Shown here one piece after another: positions 1-10,763 of a stretch of 41,936 nt of DNA. How positions within the stretch are numbered: the stretch's first letter is position 1; each line of letters begins with the position of its first letter. The translations under genes and the position numbers were made by a program. Under the pieces are notes generated by a model. It had not been told where the DNA came from, did no database searches, and was given only the letters and a program-made list of their open reading frames with translations. Source of the stretch: Hyphochytrium catenoides (lineage: Eukaryota > Protista > Hyphochytriomycota); assembly GCA_900088475.1 (NCBI GenBank), contig FLMG01004319.1, positions 1-41,936 on the forward strand, in the 5' to 3' direction.

Positions 1-241
1 AGAGACAGAGAGAGAGAGAAAGGGAGAGAAGAGATGAGAGAGAATAAGAATCATCGAGCACTTTTGTGGTGGGGGAAGGTAGAGTTGACGAGAGAAAAAT
101 GGAGAGGAGAGAGGATGCGTGAGAGGGAGAAGGGAGAGAGGGAAGAAAGAGAGAGACAGAGAGGAAGACGACGGAGAACTTCAATAAGGTCTCGGGAACA
201 TCAAACCACAGCATCAATCAGATCCCATTGAACGATGGTCT

Positions 242-287
242 GGAGCCCGGAGCCTGGAGCCTGATGGAGCCTGGAGCCTGGAGCCTG
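242..287. repeat. 7-bp tandem repeat (GGAGCCT)n, about 6 imperfect copies
   Basis: Seen directly: ggagcccggagcctggagcctgatggagcctggagcctggagcctga. Confidence 0.85.
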
Positions 288-352
288 AAGCGACAAAAGA
301 AGCTGGTTGGTGGCTATTGAACCTTTCTTCGATGAGCCATGGTAGAGACGGA

Positions 353-386
<34 letters not shown>

Positions 387-926
387 GAAGGGAGAGAGGA
401 GAGGCAGAGAGAAAGGTGGAAACAGAGGAAAAGACCTCCAGCGCAAGGGAAGAGAAGGAAAGGTAAACAGGCAAAGCAGACGGCAGAACGAAAGTAGAGG
501 CCTACTTTGAAACTATGTAATGACAGCAAGATCTGACCCTCACTCACGATACACCGCGACGACTCCTTCAGAAGCAGCCAGCAGCCTCGACTCTCTCTTC
601 TTTCTTCTTGCTTCCCTTTCTGCTCTCTTTTTCTCCTTGTCTCTTTGTACTCCTCTCTCTCGCCTCCTCCCTCTCGATCGTTCGCTATCTTTGTGCCTGT
701 CTCTCTCCTTTACAAAGCAAATAGCCAATCGCTTCTACCATCCTCGCTCTTTCAGCCCTAACTTCAGTGTTGGCAGCTTCACTTATTATACCGTCCGCTC
801 ACTGACAACAAGCGCGAGGAAACGCTAATCCCTCCAGCCGACCAGGATGCTGGGCCTCTCTTCTCTCTTGGGCTCCGTGGCTGTGCTCTNNNNNNNNNNN
901 NNNNNNNNNNNNNNNNNNNNNNNNNN

Positions 927-975
<49 letters not shown>

Positions 976-1209
976 CTCTCTCCCTCTCTCTTGCCCAACT
1001 TCAACCGTATGGCCTTGCCTGATAACATATCAGCCATTGCCTGTTGCTTCACTGCTTAATATCGAATCTAAACGGGGCTCACCGTCCAATTTGACTCACC
1101 GTTCTCTCTCTCTCTGACTCTTCTCTCTCTCTCTCTGTGACTCTTCTCTCTCCCTATTCCCCGCTTCTCTCCTCGTTGCCCTCGCCCTTTCTTCACACAA
1201 ACGATATAG

Positions 1210-2639
1210 GACCAGAGATCCCAGGGTGGAGATAAAAGCTAAGGATGGGAGCCAGAAGTTCACTGTGAAGCCTGCGAACAGTGACGGCTGGTGGAACTCT
1301 CTCTATCGCACCTACAAGACAGAGATCCCGGACCTCGTGCCAGGTATCTATATCTTCTTCTTCTCTCTCTCTCTCTGTGTCGCTCCCGGGTGCAAGTGCG
1401 CCTCTCTCTACTTGCTTTCTTACCCTTCTGTCTAAACAAAGCCACGCTACAGTCCCCTGAGCAATGTCACCGCCTTCCTCGTAACTATCCCCAGCTCTTC
1501 GTCATTCTCTCCTCTCTCCTCTAGTTCCTACTCTCTTAACTCGATCAAAACTCTTTTTCTTTCTCTTATACCTCTCTCTTCTCTCCCCCAACCCAGGCAA
1601 GGAATACACCTATCAGGTCTTCCTGAATAACAATGAGGGCTCAGCGCCGAAGAAGTTCAAAGCTCCCTACCCAGAGCTCAAGGGAACCAACGCCTCTCCA
1701 GACACTCCTTGGGGCTTCTTGGTTCTTGGAGACATCGGAATATTCCCCGCTTCCAGGAAGAACCTGAAGTTGATGGCGCAGGAGAACCTTGACTTCTATG
1801 AGCTGATGATGAACGTCGGAGACTTAGCCTACGCCTTTGGCATCGATAAAGTGTGGAACGAATTCATGGAGATGATTGAGCCTGTCGCCTCACGGATTCC
1901 GTGGATGACTTGCCCTGGCAATCATGTAAGGCGCTTCTCTGTCTCAAACCTTTCTCTCTCTGTCTTTTGCCATACCACGCTCAGCAAACTTGTCAACTTC
2001 GGCTACTACTCTTCTTCGTCAACCAGCACTTGCTAAAGGACTTCCATTACCCTCTTCCTCCCGTCTATTCCCTCGCTAAGCCATTCCTCTCTGGTCATCT
2101 CGTCACTTAGGAGTTGCTCGCAGTCGACAGTGGCTTAGAGNNNNNNNNNNNNNNNNNNNNNNNNNNNNNNNNNNNNNNNNNNNNTCACCACGATTAGCAC
2201 GGATGACGACTACTTCCCTGACACTGAGCAGTACAAGTGGCTGGAGCAGGACCTGAAGGCGGCGAACACACCAGAAGCTAGAGCTGCCAGGTGAGGAAGG
2301 GAATATGCGGAAGGTTTAGCTTGATGCGGAGAGTTACAAAGAAGAAGAGAGAGAGAAAGAGAGAGACACAGAGAGACGCTAGAAACAGAGAAAGCCCCTC
2401 CGCCCCCCAAAAAGACAACTTCTCATTTCCTCCTCCTAGGCCATGGGTGATTGTAGCCATGCACAAGCCTATGTATGGCACCTTTAATAGAAAACGCACG
2501 GGCGCCGATGCACGCAGAGGAGATCCTGATAGTCTCTTGAAGGATCTAGAGCCGCTTTTTATTAAGTATGAAGTTGATCTTGTATTCGCCGGGCACAAGC
2601 ACTTCTATGAGAGGTAAGTGGTCTTTGTTCTCCAAGCTA

Positions 2640-2676
<37 letters not shown>

Positions 2677-3007
2677 CTTTTATCTCTCCTCTTCAGTGGA
2701 TCTCACCATCTCTGTCTTCGCATCTTCTTCCCTTTCTCCCTCCCTTTGTAGGATGTTTCCCGTCAGCAACGGCGGTTTAAGCATCGGCTCTTCCTACTTA
2801 TCTCCGTCGTCTCCTGTGCATATCACGGTGGGCATGGGAGGCTTCATCCGCACGACTGACGACCTTGCACCGGAGTCATACTCTGCTTACAGAGAACAGA
2901 CTTATGGCTATGGCAGAGTCAGCTTCCTTAATGCCTCTGCTGTGAAGGTGGAGTATGTAGAGCAGGACTCCGAGAATGTGAGGGACTCTGTTATCATCAC
3001 CAAGTAG
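1210..3007 (+). CDS. Purple acid phosphatase (metallophosphoesterase, ACP7/PAP-like), multi-exon; 5' end unresolved
   Basis: Spliced exons (~1210-1343, 1597-1925, 2111-gap-2290, 2440-2613, 2752-3007) with GT-AG boundaries. They give all five PAP metal-binding motifs in order: GDIG, GDLAY, GNH|E, VAMH, GHKH. An FN3-like region (PDLVPG|KEYTYQV) precedes them and a GYGRV C-terminal motif follows. The start exon is obscured by the gap at 890-926. Confidence 0.92.
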
Positions 3008-4062
3008 GTCACATCGTAGTACAAGTGAGATCCGACCGCAGAAACAGAAAAGATATTTAAAAGAGAAAAGGCATGAGCGCTTGATCACTGCAGTATGGAA
3101 GAGAGGGACGCCGACAGCGGGACCGTCAAGAGGGCGACGATGAGGCAGAGAGCCCAAGTACGGCTCGTATGGACAAGTGGAACAAGTGGATATCATTAGC
3201 AATAGCTGCCTCGTGTCTGAGTATGAGACAGTCGATCGTCCCACATGTTTTGCTAAATCAAAGGGTAACGTTAATCTAAAGTCCGACCTTCTTTTTCATA
3301 AGGTCCTCATCCTGACAAAGTACCTTTGCCATAGGCGTAACGACGCCTGCCGCTGTCCAGCACAGGGATTCTGATCTCCTCGGTTGTTTGACGATCTCTG
3401 TTTTTTCTCTTGGGACGTCTGCGTCTATCTTGCGGGAGAAGACCTTGAACTCCTTAGCGAGGCCGAGACCTCCAGAGCTCATGGTCACGCTGATCCTACC
3501 GCTCACCTCAGGAAGAAATGATCCTTAGCTAGTAAACATGGAGGAGAGAACAACTTAAGAACTCTTGACACCACTAGGTACAAAGTATAGCTCTCTTTCT
3601 TAGCTCTATATTTGGCGGGCTAAGCAATGAAATTCTGAGTGTCAGATGGATAATAAAGGCCAAAGCGGCTGATTGTGCAAGGGTGATGAGACAGCCTGAA
3701 GAGGCAGCTCCCCAGTTTCCGGGTCCTTCTCTTTGTACTGATCTGGGGACAGAAGCATGGACGCGATATTTGGGCCAAGGGACTGGCCGCGCGAATGAGA
3801 AAAGCAAGAGTTGAAGAGTACCATCGCCACATGATCGTAGAAAAATTATCGTCGCTTTGTCCATAGTTGACCTTGTTACTAAGCGTTACGTCAAGCTCCA
3901 CCTATAGCTCTGTAGCTCTTCCTACCTCTTAGTGATTAGTAGCAATCTTCCCTACCTAGCGTCGCCTACTTACAATCAAAGATGTCAGCATGTGCGATGG
4001 AGCCTGCTTTCTTAGCCTCAGCTCCACCAGATATCACATTTCTTAAACCTAAAACCTCAGCC

Positions 4063-7000
4063 TCAAGCTTGGAACCACTCATTGAACATCTCCCTCACCC
4101 ATTCCTTCTTCTTCTGATGCCCTTCAGCTGAGGGTTCTGAGACTTCAAAGCTTGGCTGCTGTGGATCACTAAAGAGGTCCACGCTGATGGCCGCGCCGGA
4201 ATTGGTGCCCGTCTCTGTGAAATAGGGGAAAGGCAACAATGAGCCAAACGCCATGCCCAGCGAAAGGGCAAGAAAGGGTGAGATAAAACAAGCCCAAGAT
4301 GGGAGAGTTGAGTCAGCCGGTCAGTGGGCAGCTCAAGCCAGCCGATTAAGAAGAAGAGCCTAAAAATTGTAGCCCGAATTGGCTAGCGTCAAGCACTGAA
4401 GCAGTGCCCTTGAAAGGTGATGACAGTCGCACACACACAAAGCAGAAGAGCAGATACAGAGATGTATGCCAGCCCGTCAATATGTCCACAGGAGCTAGTT
4501 CCTCAACCCATTAAGTTCGTCTATCCTTTTCTCTTTTGACTTTCTTACCAGCGTAGCAAACCGCCACATATTTTTGTTTGGCTCTTGCTTCCTCCCCCCA
4601 ATTCCTCTGACCGGGTTCCTGCACCCCATGGACAATATTCTCGGCTACCACTCTCCCTTGATTGACGGCAAACCCGCCCGCCTTCGGGTGAGGCTTCGGC
4701 TTCTCTAAGGGCAACATAAGGTGGGCTGTGTCTCCAATGCAATACACTCCTTCGACCTGCGTCCGCAATGTCATCAGGTCCGCTGGGATCAGGTTCTTTG
4801 GGGTAGGGGACAGAGCTGCACAAGAGGCAAGGAACCTACAACAGGACGTGGGGAGAGGAGTGAGATATGCGACAGACAAGTACGAGAGAATAACAATGGA
4901 CACCCAAATAACTTCTGTCTACAGGGATCAGGAGTCATAGGGCAAATGGCACGAAAGTCAAAGAAAAGTAAACGCAGCCGGTCAGATGCGAGAACGTGAA
5001 GGCCGAAGAAGAAGGACTCCTGATGGCAGGAGACGCGATTTCTGGAGATAGATGAGGAGCTGGATCCACTTACTTTGCTCCTCTGTGTGGCACCATGCCT
5101 ATGAGAATTGAAAAATCTTCCTTCGAGTCATCCTCAAAGGTGATGCTACCTCCTTCTTTCTTGGTTCCAGTCACTGCTTTGGGATTCATCCCTGTCTTGA
5201 AGGTGATGTTCTTCTCCTCTAGAAGCGAGCGGAAAACCTTCGGATTCTTCTCCGGCACTGCGTCTGGTCCGGGCGTGGTAAGGATGACCTAGACATAGAG
5301 GAGGGTTAGATGGAGAGTACGCTTGCTTAGAAATAGATGCTGCTGGAATCCAAGAGATTGGGTAAACAGGAGGAACAGCGTATCTTGTGACAACAGTCTT
5401 CCCAAGTGTTACCTTAACGTTGTCTCGAACACCCTTCTCTCTCAGGATGCCATCCACCAAGAACGCGTACTCATAAGGAGCAGGTGGGCACTTGTAGGGC
5501 ATCTCCGCCACTAAAATGGCTACGGTCCCGCTAGTAATACTGTTGAGCTCTTCTCTGAGTGCAAGAACTTCTGATTTGTCACACATGTCGTAGGATGCCG
5601 CTTCTAGTCCCTCAACTGCTGCCTTCTCTGGCTGCACGCCGGTACTAATTACCAGCTCATCGTATGGGACAATCTTTTCTTGTTCTCCTTCGCCCAGTTG
5701 TTCTCTCACCACTACTCTCTTGCCTTCCGTGTCTAGGGTTTCGATGGCCCCGTGGATCCTGTGCACGTGCTTGAAGATAAGTTTCTCATAGCTCCTGGGA
5801 TCATCCTCCGCCGTCTGCACATTTCTTAGGTAGAACTGGTTTGAGGCGCCGATCTTGAACTCAGAGTTTTGCTCCACAAGGGTGATCTGAACCTGGACCA
5901 TGATATTGTCAGCACTAGGCGGCCCAAAATTAGATTATAAAGAGACACTTGCTGGTCGGATCATCGCACAACTTATAATTCCAGGAGCACCAAGCGGGAG
6001 ATAGAAAGACGCCAACACGGAGGACATAAGAGTCGTCAGACGGCGAGTGGGGGCGACAAGCTCAAGCGGAAACTGGGTGAGGGAGAAAGGTACTAGAAAA
6101 CTTGAAAAGAGTCGGTACCTTGCCCTCATTGCCATCCCCAGAGAGAAACTTGTCCAGCTCCTTGCAGACGGTCAAACCTCCGAACCCTCCGCCCAGGACT
6201 ACGACCTTCCAAGGAGCAGACGCGGTAGCTGTGGGTGCCACTACTCCTTCCGCGGGCTCTGAGGAAGCAGCAGGCGTCTCGCTAGTAGCGGCTTCTACTT
6301 CTGGCTTCTTTTCTCCTTCCTCTTTCTGTTCCTCGTCTTCCTTTTTCTGTTCCACCTGCTGCTCCCTCACTTCCTCCTTGTTCTCTTCTTCAGCTGGAGC
6401 AGGAGCCCCTACCGTTGCAGTGGTTTCCACGGCGGATTCCCCTCCTGTTAATCCCTCCACGATCGCTCCTACTGCCCCCTCTACTACTGCAGCAGCTGCT
6501 TGTGCTGCATTCTGCGCGGCAGAAGTCACTGAGCTCGCTGCGTTCTCCAGGGTTGAAGAGGAGACATGAGGCATCGCATCATTGGCGGGTATTGCAGGTC
6601 CAACATTAGCTGAAGGTTCCTCTGCTGATGGTTTAGGGACCTCCTCTGTCGCCGCATTCATTGCTTCTGGAGCTTTCTCCGAAGTCTCCGTCGCATTGCT
6701 AGGCATGTCCGGAGCTTTCTCAGAAACCTCTGCTGCCATCGGAGTCTCAGTAACTGCAGGAGCTGTGACAGCTGGTGCTGGAGGTCCGTCCGCAGGTGTA
6801 TCTACGACAGCGGCAGCAACTTCCACCGCAACATCCTGAGTAGAGACCTGTGTTAACTTATGAGCTGGTCTCTGACTATGTGATCAGGGAAGCGTGAACA
6901 CTCCTATCTTATAGTAACGATGGACGGGACGTCCTAGGTCGCCCGAACGGGGACGCCTCTGAGCAGCTGAACTCACCTCTGCGCCCGTTGACGTGACAGG

Positions 7001-7258
7001 ATTCTCCGTCTTTGGCTGTTCAGCTGCATCCAGGCTTGGCACCGCGGCTGTAGCATCTTCTGGCGACTTGAGTGCGGTTACTGGTGCTTCCACCGTGGTT
7101 GCTGGTGCTTCCACCGTGGTTGCTGGTGCTTCCACTGTGTTTGCTGGTGCTTCTACCGCGGCTGCTGGTGCTTCTACCACGGTGGGGCCCGCCTCCAGCT
7201 TAGGAGGCTGCTGTGTGGAGGCTGCTGCCGTGTCGGCCTTGCTGCTGGTGCATCCCAT
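4063..7258 (-). CDS. FAD-dependent sulfide:quinone oxidoreductase / flavocytochrome c sulfide dehydrogenase-family protein (type III SQR-like) with N-terminal MGC acylation motif and long A/E/P/T-rich spacer; 6 exons, ~710 aa
   Basis: Exons 7258-6977, 6835-6119, 5892-5413, 5288-5074, 4835-4549 and 4214-4063 are all GT-AG and phase-consistent (2133 nt). Motifs: KVVVLGGGFGG (FAD Rossmann), YDELVISTG, YKCPPAPYE, VYCIGD, PKAGGFA, AVCYAETG, and a C-terminal amphipathic helix (KKEWVREMFNEWF). Confidence 0.88.
7081..7180 (-). repeat. 21-bp coding tandem repeat (about 5 copies) encoding VEAPATT-like heptapeptides in exon 1 of the SQR-like gene
   Basis: Units of ctggtgcttccaccgtggttg on the + strand translate on the minus strand as VVEAPAAAVEAPANTVEAPATTVEAPATTVEAPVT. 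Confidence 0.9.
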
Positions 7259-7533
7259 TCTTCCAAATAGCAATAGAGAGATTCAGGTCACTAGTCAGTG
7301 CTTGCAGCTGTAGAATCTCAGGAGTGAGCTCTGCAGATCAGGGCCGCTGCGGCGAAAGGCGGCAATGCCGGGCGACGGTTATGAAGCGTCAAAGGATCCA
7401 CGGACGGTAGAGGAAACGTAGACCTGGTCGGTGAGGAAAGGAATCAGGTTCCCCCACGTTCTTTANNNNNNNNNNNNNNNNNNNNNNNNNNNNNNNNNNN
7501 NNNNNNNNNNNNNNNNNNNNNNNNNNNNNNNNN

Positions 7534-7610
7534 TTCGAAATTGCATGCAATTTATCATAAGTCGCATACTTGCATGCAAATTGCATGCAACGTCACGTGA
7601 TAATCACGTG
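7534..7610. repeat. Cluster of palindromes (AAATTGCATGCAATTT; TTGCATGCAA x2; CACGTGAT-A-ATCACGTG); left copy of an imperfect direct repeat
   Basis: Perfect 16-bp palindrome at 7538-7553, TTGCATGCAA at 7570-7579 and 7581-7590, and an 8-bp inverted repeat with two CACGTG boxes at 7594-7610. The cluster abuts an assembly gap. Confidence 0.8.
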
Positions 7611-8596
7611 GGATACGAATTCTCGATCGGGCTCTTTATTCGCCATTTATCAGTCATATTCCTGAGACTATCCAGGATAGTGATATGATATTTTTTGTTC
7701 TTGTTTTAGATGGCTGAGCAACCCTCCTTGCGATTGTTAGATTTCTTCATTGATGATAAAAGAGTAACGATATGATTGCCCGCTATTATTGGCGTGACGC
7801 TTTCGCCTCTTTGAACATGCAAATCTCCTTTCATAATCAACCGGTAAGATCGTCATCATCATCATCTCCTCCTTCATCGATGTGTTGATGATATCACTAT
7901 CACTAACCTCTTCGTTAGAAGAACAGAGGGTTGAAGGGATCGTCATCAAAGTCTATCATCCCCCTCGATCCAAGATCATCTTCTTTCTTCATCTCTCCAT
8001 CATTAGCCCCACCACCTCTGTGTTTTTGTCCTCCTCTTCCTCTTTCCTCCTGAAACCTGGGCCTTGTTGATATTCCGCCTCCGCTCGCCCCAGGCCCGGC
8101 TTCTTCATCATCGTCACTGCTGCTGTTAGGTATAGGGCTGAATGAACGAGCTGACTGATAAGCAGACAGAGGAGAAAGAAGAAGAGTTTACAGAAGACCA
8201 GGAGGAGCAGAAACAAAAACACAACAACTACTAGAAGAGCAACAAGCAGCGGCAAAGTGGTGAGCAGAAGAAAGCCCGCTAGCTGCTTTTTGCATGGAAC
8301 GAATGTCACCACCACCCAGCAGGAGTCATCAGCATCATCGAAGAGCCCACCCCCACCACCAATGATACGATGAGTAAGTTCATCTCCACTCTATCTTCTT
8401 GCTGCGATGGATGATGTATCATCAGCAACCTAAACGCTGACGGTTAAGGTTTAGGTTATAAACGAATCTCACACCTGTGTATGTCCGGTAGTTGGTTGTT
8501 ATCACGGTGGATTCTTAGACTGGGTCTTCTCATCATTCTGATACCGGATTTGAGGAGACTCTTGGCATTCTATCTCCAATCCTCATACCTCCCTAG

Positions 8597-8690
8597 GTGC
8601 AATTTATGGTTGCAATTTATCAGGCAATAAATCGCAGACGCAAATTGCATGCAATTTGCAGGGGTGCAATTTGCAATCTCGCAAAGAGTC
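8597..8690. repeat. Right copy of the TGCAATTT/TGCATGCA palindrome-rich repeat
   Basis: tgcaatttatca..ataaatcgcagac.gcaaattgcatgcaa aligns with 7546-7590. It contains the 20-bp palindrome GCAAATTGCATGCAATTTGC and several TGCAATTT units. Confidence 0.75.
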
Positions 8691-8834
8691 GAAACCCTGG
8701 ATGGACAGTAGCACATCCTCCATCATGTTGATAACTGATAAACGATAATCCTCTTGGTGTAACTTCATACCACTCTTTAGTGGTCTGACAATCCGCTAAA
8801 TTGATTGTCTATGAGACTCCGGTCAGCGTGAAGC

Positions 8835-8914
8835 GGCGAAGTGTCCGAGCGGTCTAAGGAGCCACATTAAGGCTGTGGTCCGAAAGGGCGTGGGTTCGAA
8901 TCCCACCTTCGTCA
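8835..8914 (+). tRNA. trnL-AAG: tRNA-Leu (anticodon AAG, read as IAG)
   Basis: Acceptor stem GGCGAAG/CTTCGTC with discriminator A, D arm TGTCCGAGCGGTCTAAGG, anticodon stem CCACA/TGTGG with loop TTAAGGC, long variable arm CCGAAAGG, and T arm GTGGGTTCGAATCCCAC. No genomic CCA, consistent with a eukaryote. Confidence 0.96.
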
Positions 8915-8918
8915 AAAC

Positions 8919-8923
8919 TTTTT
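8919..8923 (+). terminator. RNA polymerase III oligo-T terminator of tRNA-Leu
   Basis: A run of five T begins 5 nt after the tRNA 3' end, and a second T4 run follows shortly after. Confidence 0.7.
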
Positions 8924-10763
8924 CACATTTTACTGCTTCCAGCTACAAGTACTTGTACTGTAGAACGTTCTGATCGTCAAAGAAAAAAGGCGTTGGCTCA
9001 CTCATGAGCCGATTGTCAGCGTGATGAGAGCGAACTAGAATGTAGAATGTTCTAGCTCGGAGATCTTCCTCTGCCGATCCCTGAGGATTCAATGAGGGCA
9101 GAGTTCACCCTCTCAAGCCTTGCATGACAGTAGGTTCCAAGGATGTAGACAACGGGACCTGTGTGACGACTGTGCTGGGGCAAGGAGGCAGGTTACCATT
9201 ATCGTTGCTGGCGGTTGCGTACTACGTACAGCACCTGATGGTGTTGAGGAGACGGTACCCCATCTACCAATACTACACTTACACACTACTACGGTAATTA
9301 ATGATAACTACAACTGGCTATCACTACTGTTCTGTTTTACGAAGGGAAGAGTGGCGGGAGGGTTACAGGCTGCTGATACTCCGTTCGCTCGCAACACCAG
9401 CGTTGATGTTGCCGCTTCTCGAGAGATCCGTAACTGCGTGCGCTGCAGCGAGCATAAGACGGATGCTGCACTCTTTTCTCCGCTGTTCCTTAAAAGTTGC
9501 TGCTGCTCCTCAGCGTTCTTCTGTTCTTCCTCTCTTGTTCGTTTTCTCCTGCTTCTCTACAATGGTATTACTACTGCTTCTGCTAACTGCTTGATGCTAA
9601 GGTTGATTTACTTCCAACTTGTTAGATCCACGGTCACTATTACCACCGGTAGGGAGCCGCGGCAGAATTTTTGTCCTTCACGGTGTTGTGAAGGATGATA
9701 ACTTAGCTGCTGCTCTGAGGGAGATGTGGGCAGATCCATCCTCTTTCTCCATCCGGAACAACCATTATCCCGCATATCGCTTCGCTTAAGCGGGATAATT
9801 GCCCATTCAGCAGACTGTCTTCTTACGCGCGCCGCCGTCCTTGAGCCAATAGCCAGCATAACAACAGGGGAGGAGGACTAGAATCTTCTTTTTCAGGGAG
9901 AAGAGTGCTGTACTCTTCCCCTAGTACTACTACAAAGATTCATAGACCACTATAGCACTACTCCTTACACCTCCACACGGCTCAATACTTATTGTTAGCC
10001 CTACCTCATAGTTAGCTTCCTCCTCGGGGTTGGCCTGCAGCATTAAGAGCCTCTACCAACACGTAAGAAGGGAATCGACCCCCTTTGGCTATACTTCTTC
10101 CATCAGCTGATGGTTCGTGGGTCGCTCGCTAATCAATATATGATAGGTGTCAGGGTTAAGGCGTACCGCATGATGGTAGTTGGATATCTATCTCTTCCAT
10201 AGTAGTTAGAGAGATTAGTATGGTCATCAGCTGCTGGTAGTGAGTAGTGCATAACGATGGCGTTACCATGTCGTCAATGACCACCGAGCTGACTTCAAAA
10301 CCTGCATAAAGGAAACAGGTACTTGCGGGGACCTTACGCTCTTACTAATAGTGGGCCAAGCCGCCTCTAGCGGTAATTATCATCCTGCACCACGAGAAGA
10401 TGGGCTCGTCTTTCCAGGTCAGCTGCGACGGCGAAGTTGCAAATAGAGTGTCGGCAGTAGTAGGTCTTTCGTATGTATTAATTTAATAAGTCTATAGGAA
10501 AAATTTTCACAAAGGAATGGACCGCATTCTTGCGCTTTCACTCTCATAAAACATAGAAGCCAAGGAGGAGGCAGACCATAAAGTCCCCGTTTAGCAGTGA
10601 CTCCCGAAGGGGTAAAGAGAGAACAGCAGACTATACTAGGTCTTCTGATAATGACCTGCGGCGGAAAGTATACGCGTCATGCTCTCCTTGTGTTCCGCTC
10701 TTTCCAATATACTCCTTTCAAGTTCTACTCTACCCTTGCTCCTCACACTCTTTATCTGTCGCT

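Noticed and set aside
34-828. Many short ORFs rich in LSLSLS or RERERE, here and throughout the window
   Set aside because: They are translations of (CT)n/(AG)n microsatellites in introns and intergenic DNA, not proteins.
3276-3901. Several minus-strand ORFs between the phosphatase and SQR-like genes
   Set aside because: No recognisable motif, and no consistent exon chain could be built.
6102-7313. Plus-strand Ala/Ser/Val-rich ORFs
   Set aside because: They are antisense shadows of the low-complexity SQR-like spacer exons.
9120-9698. 192-aa plus-strand ORF
   Set aside because: No motif, composition is not protein-like, and there is no supporting splice structure; probably non-coding or decayed sequence.
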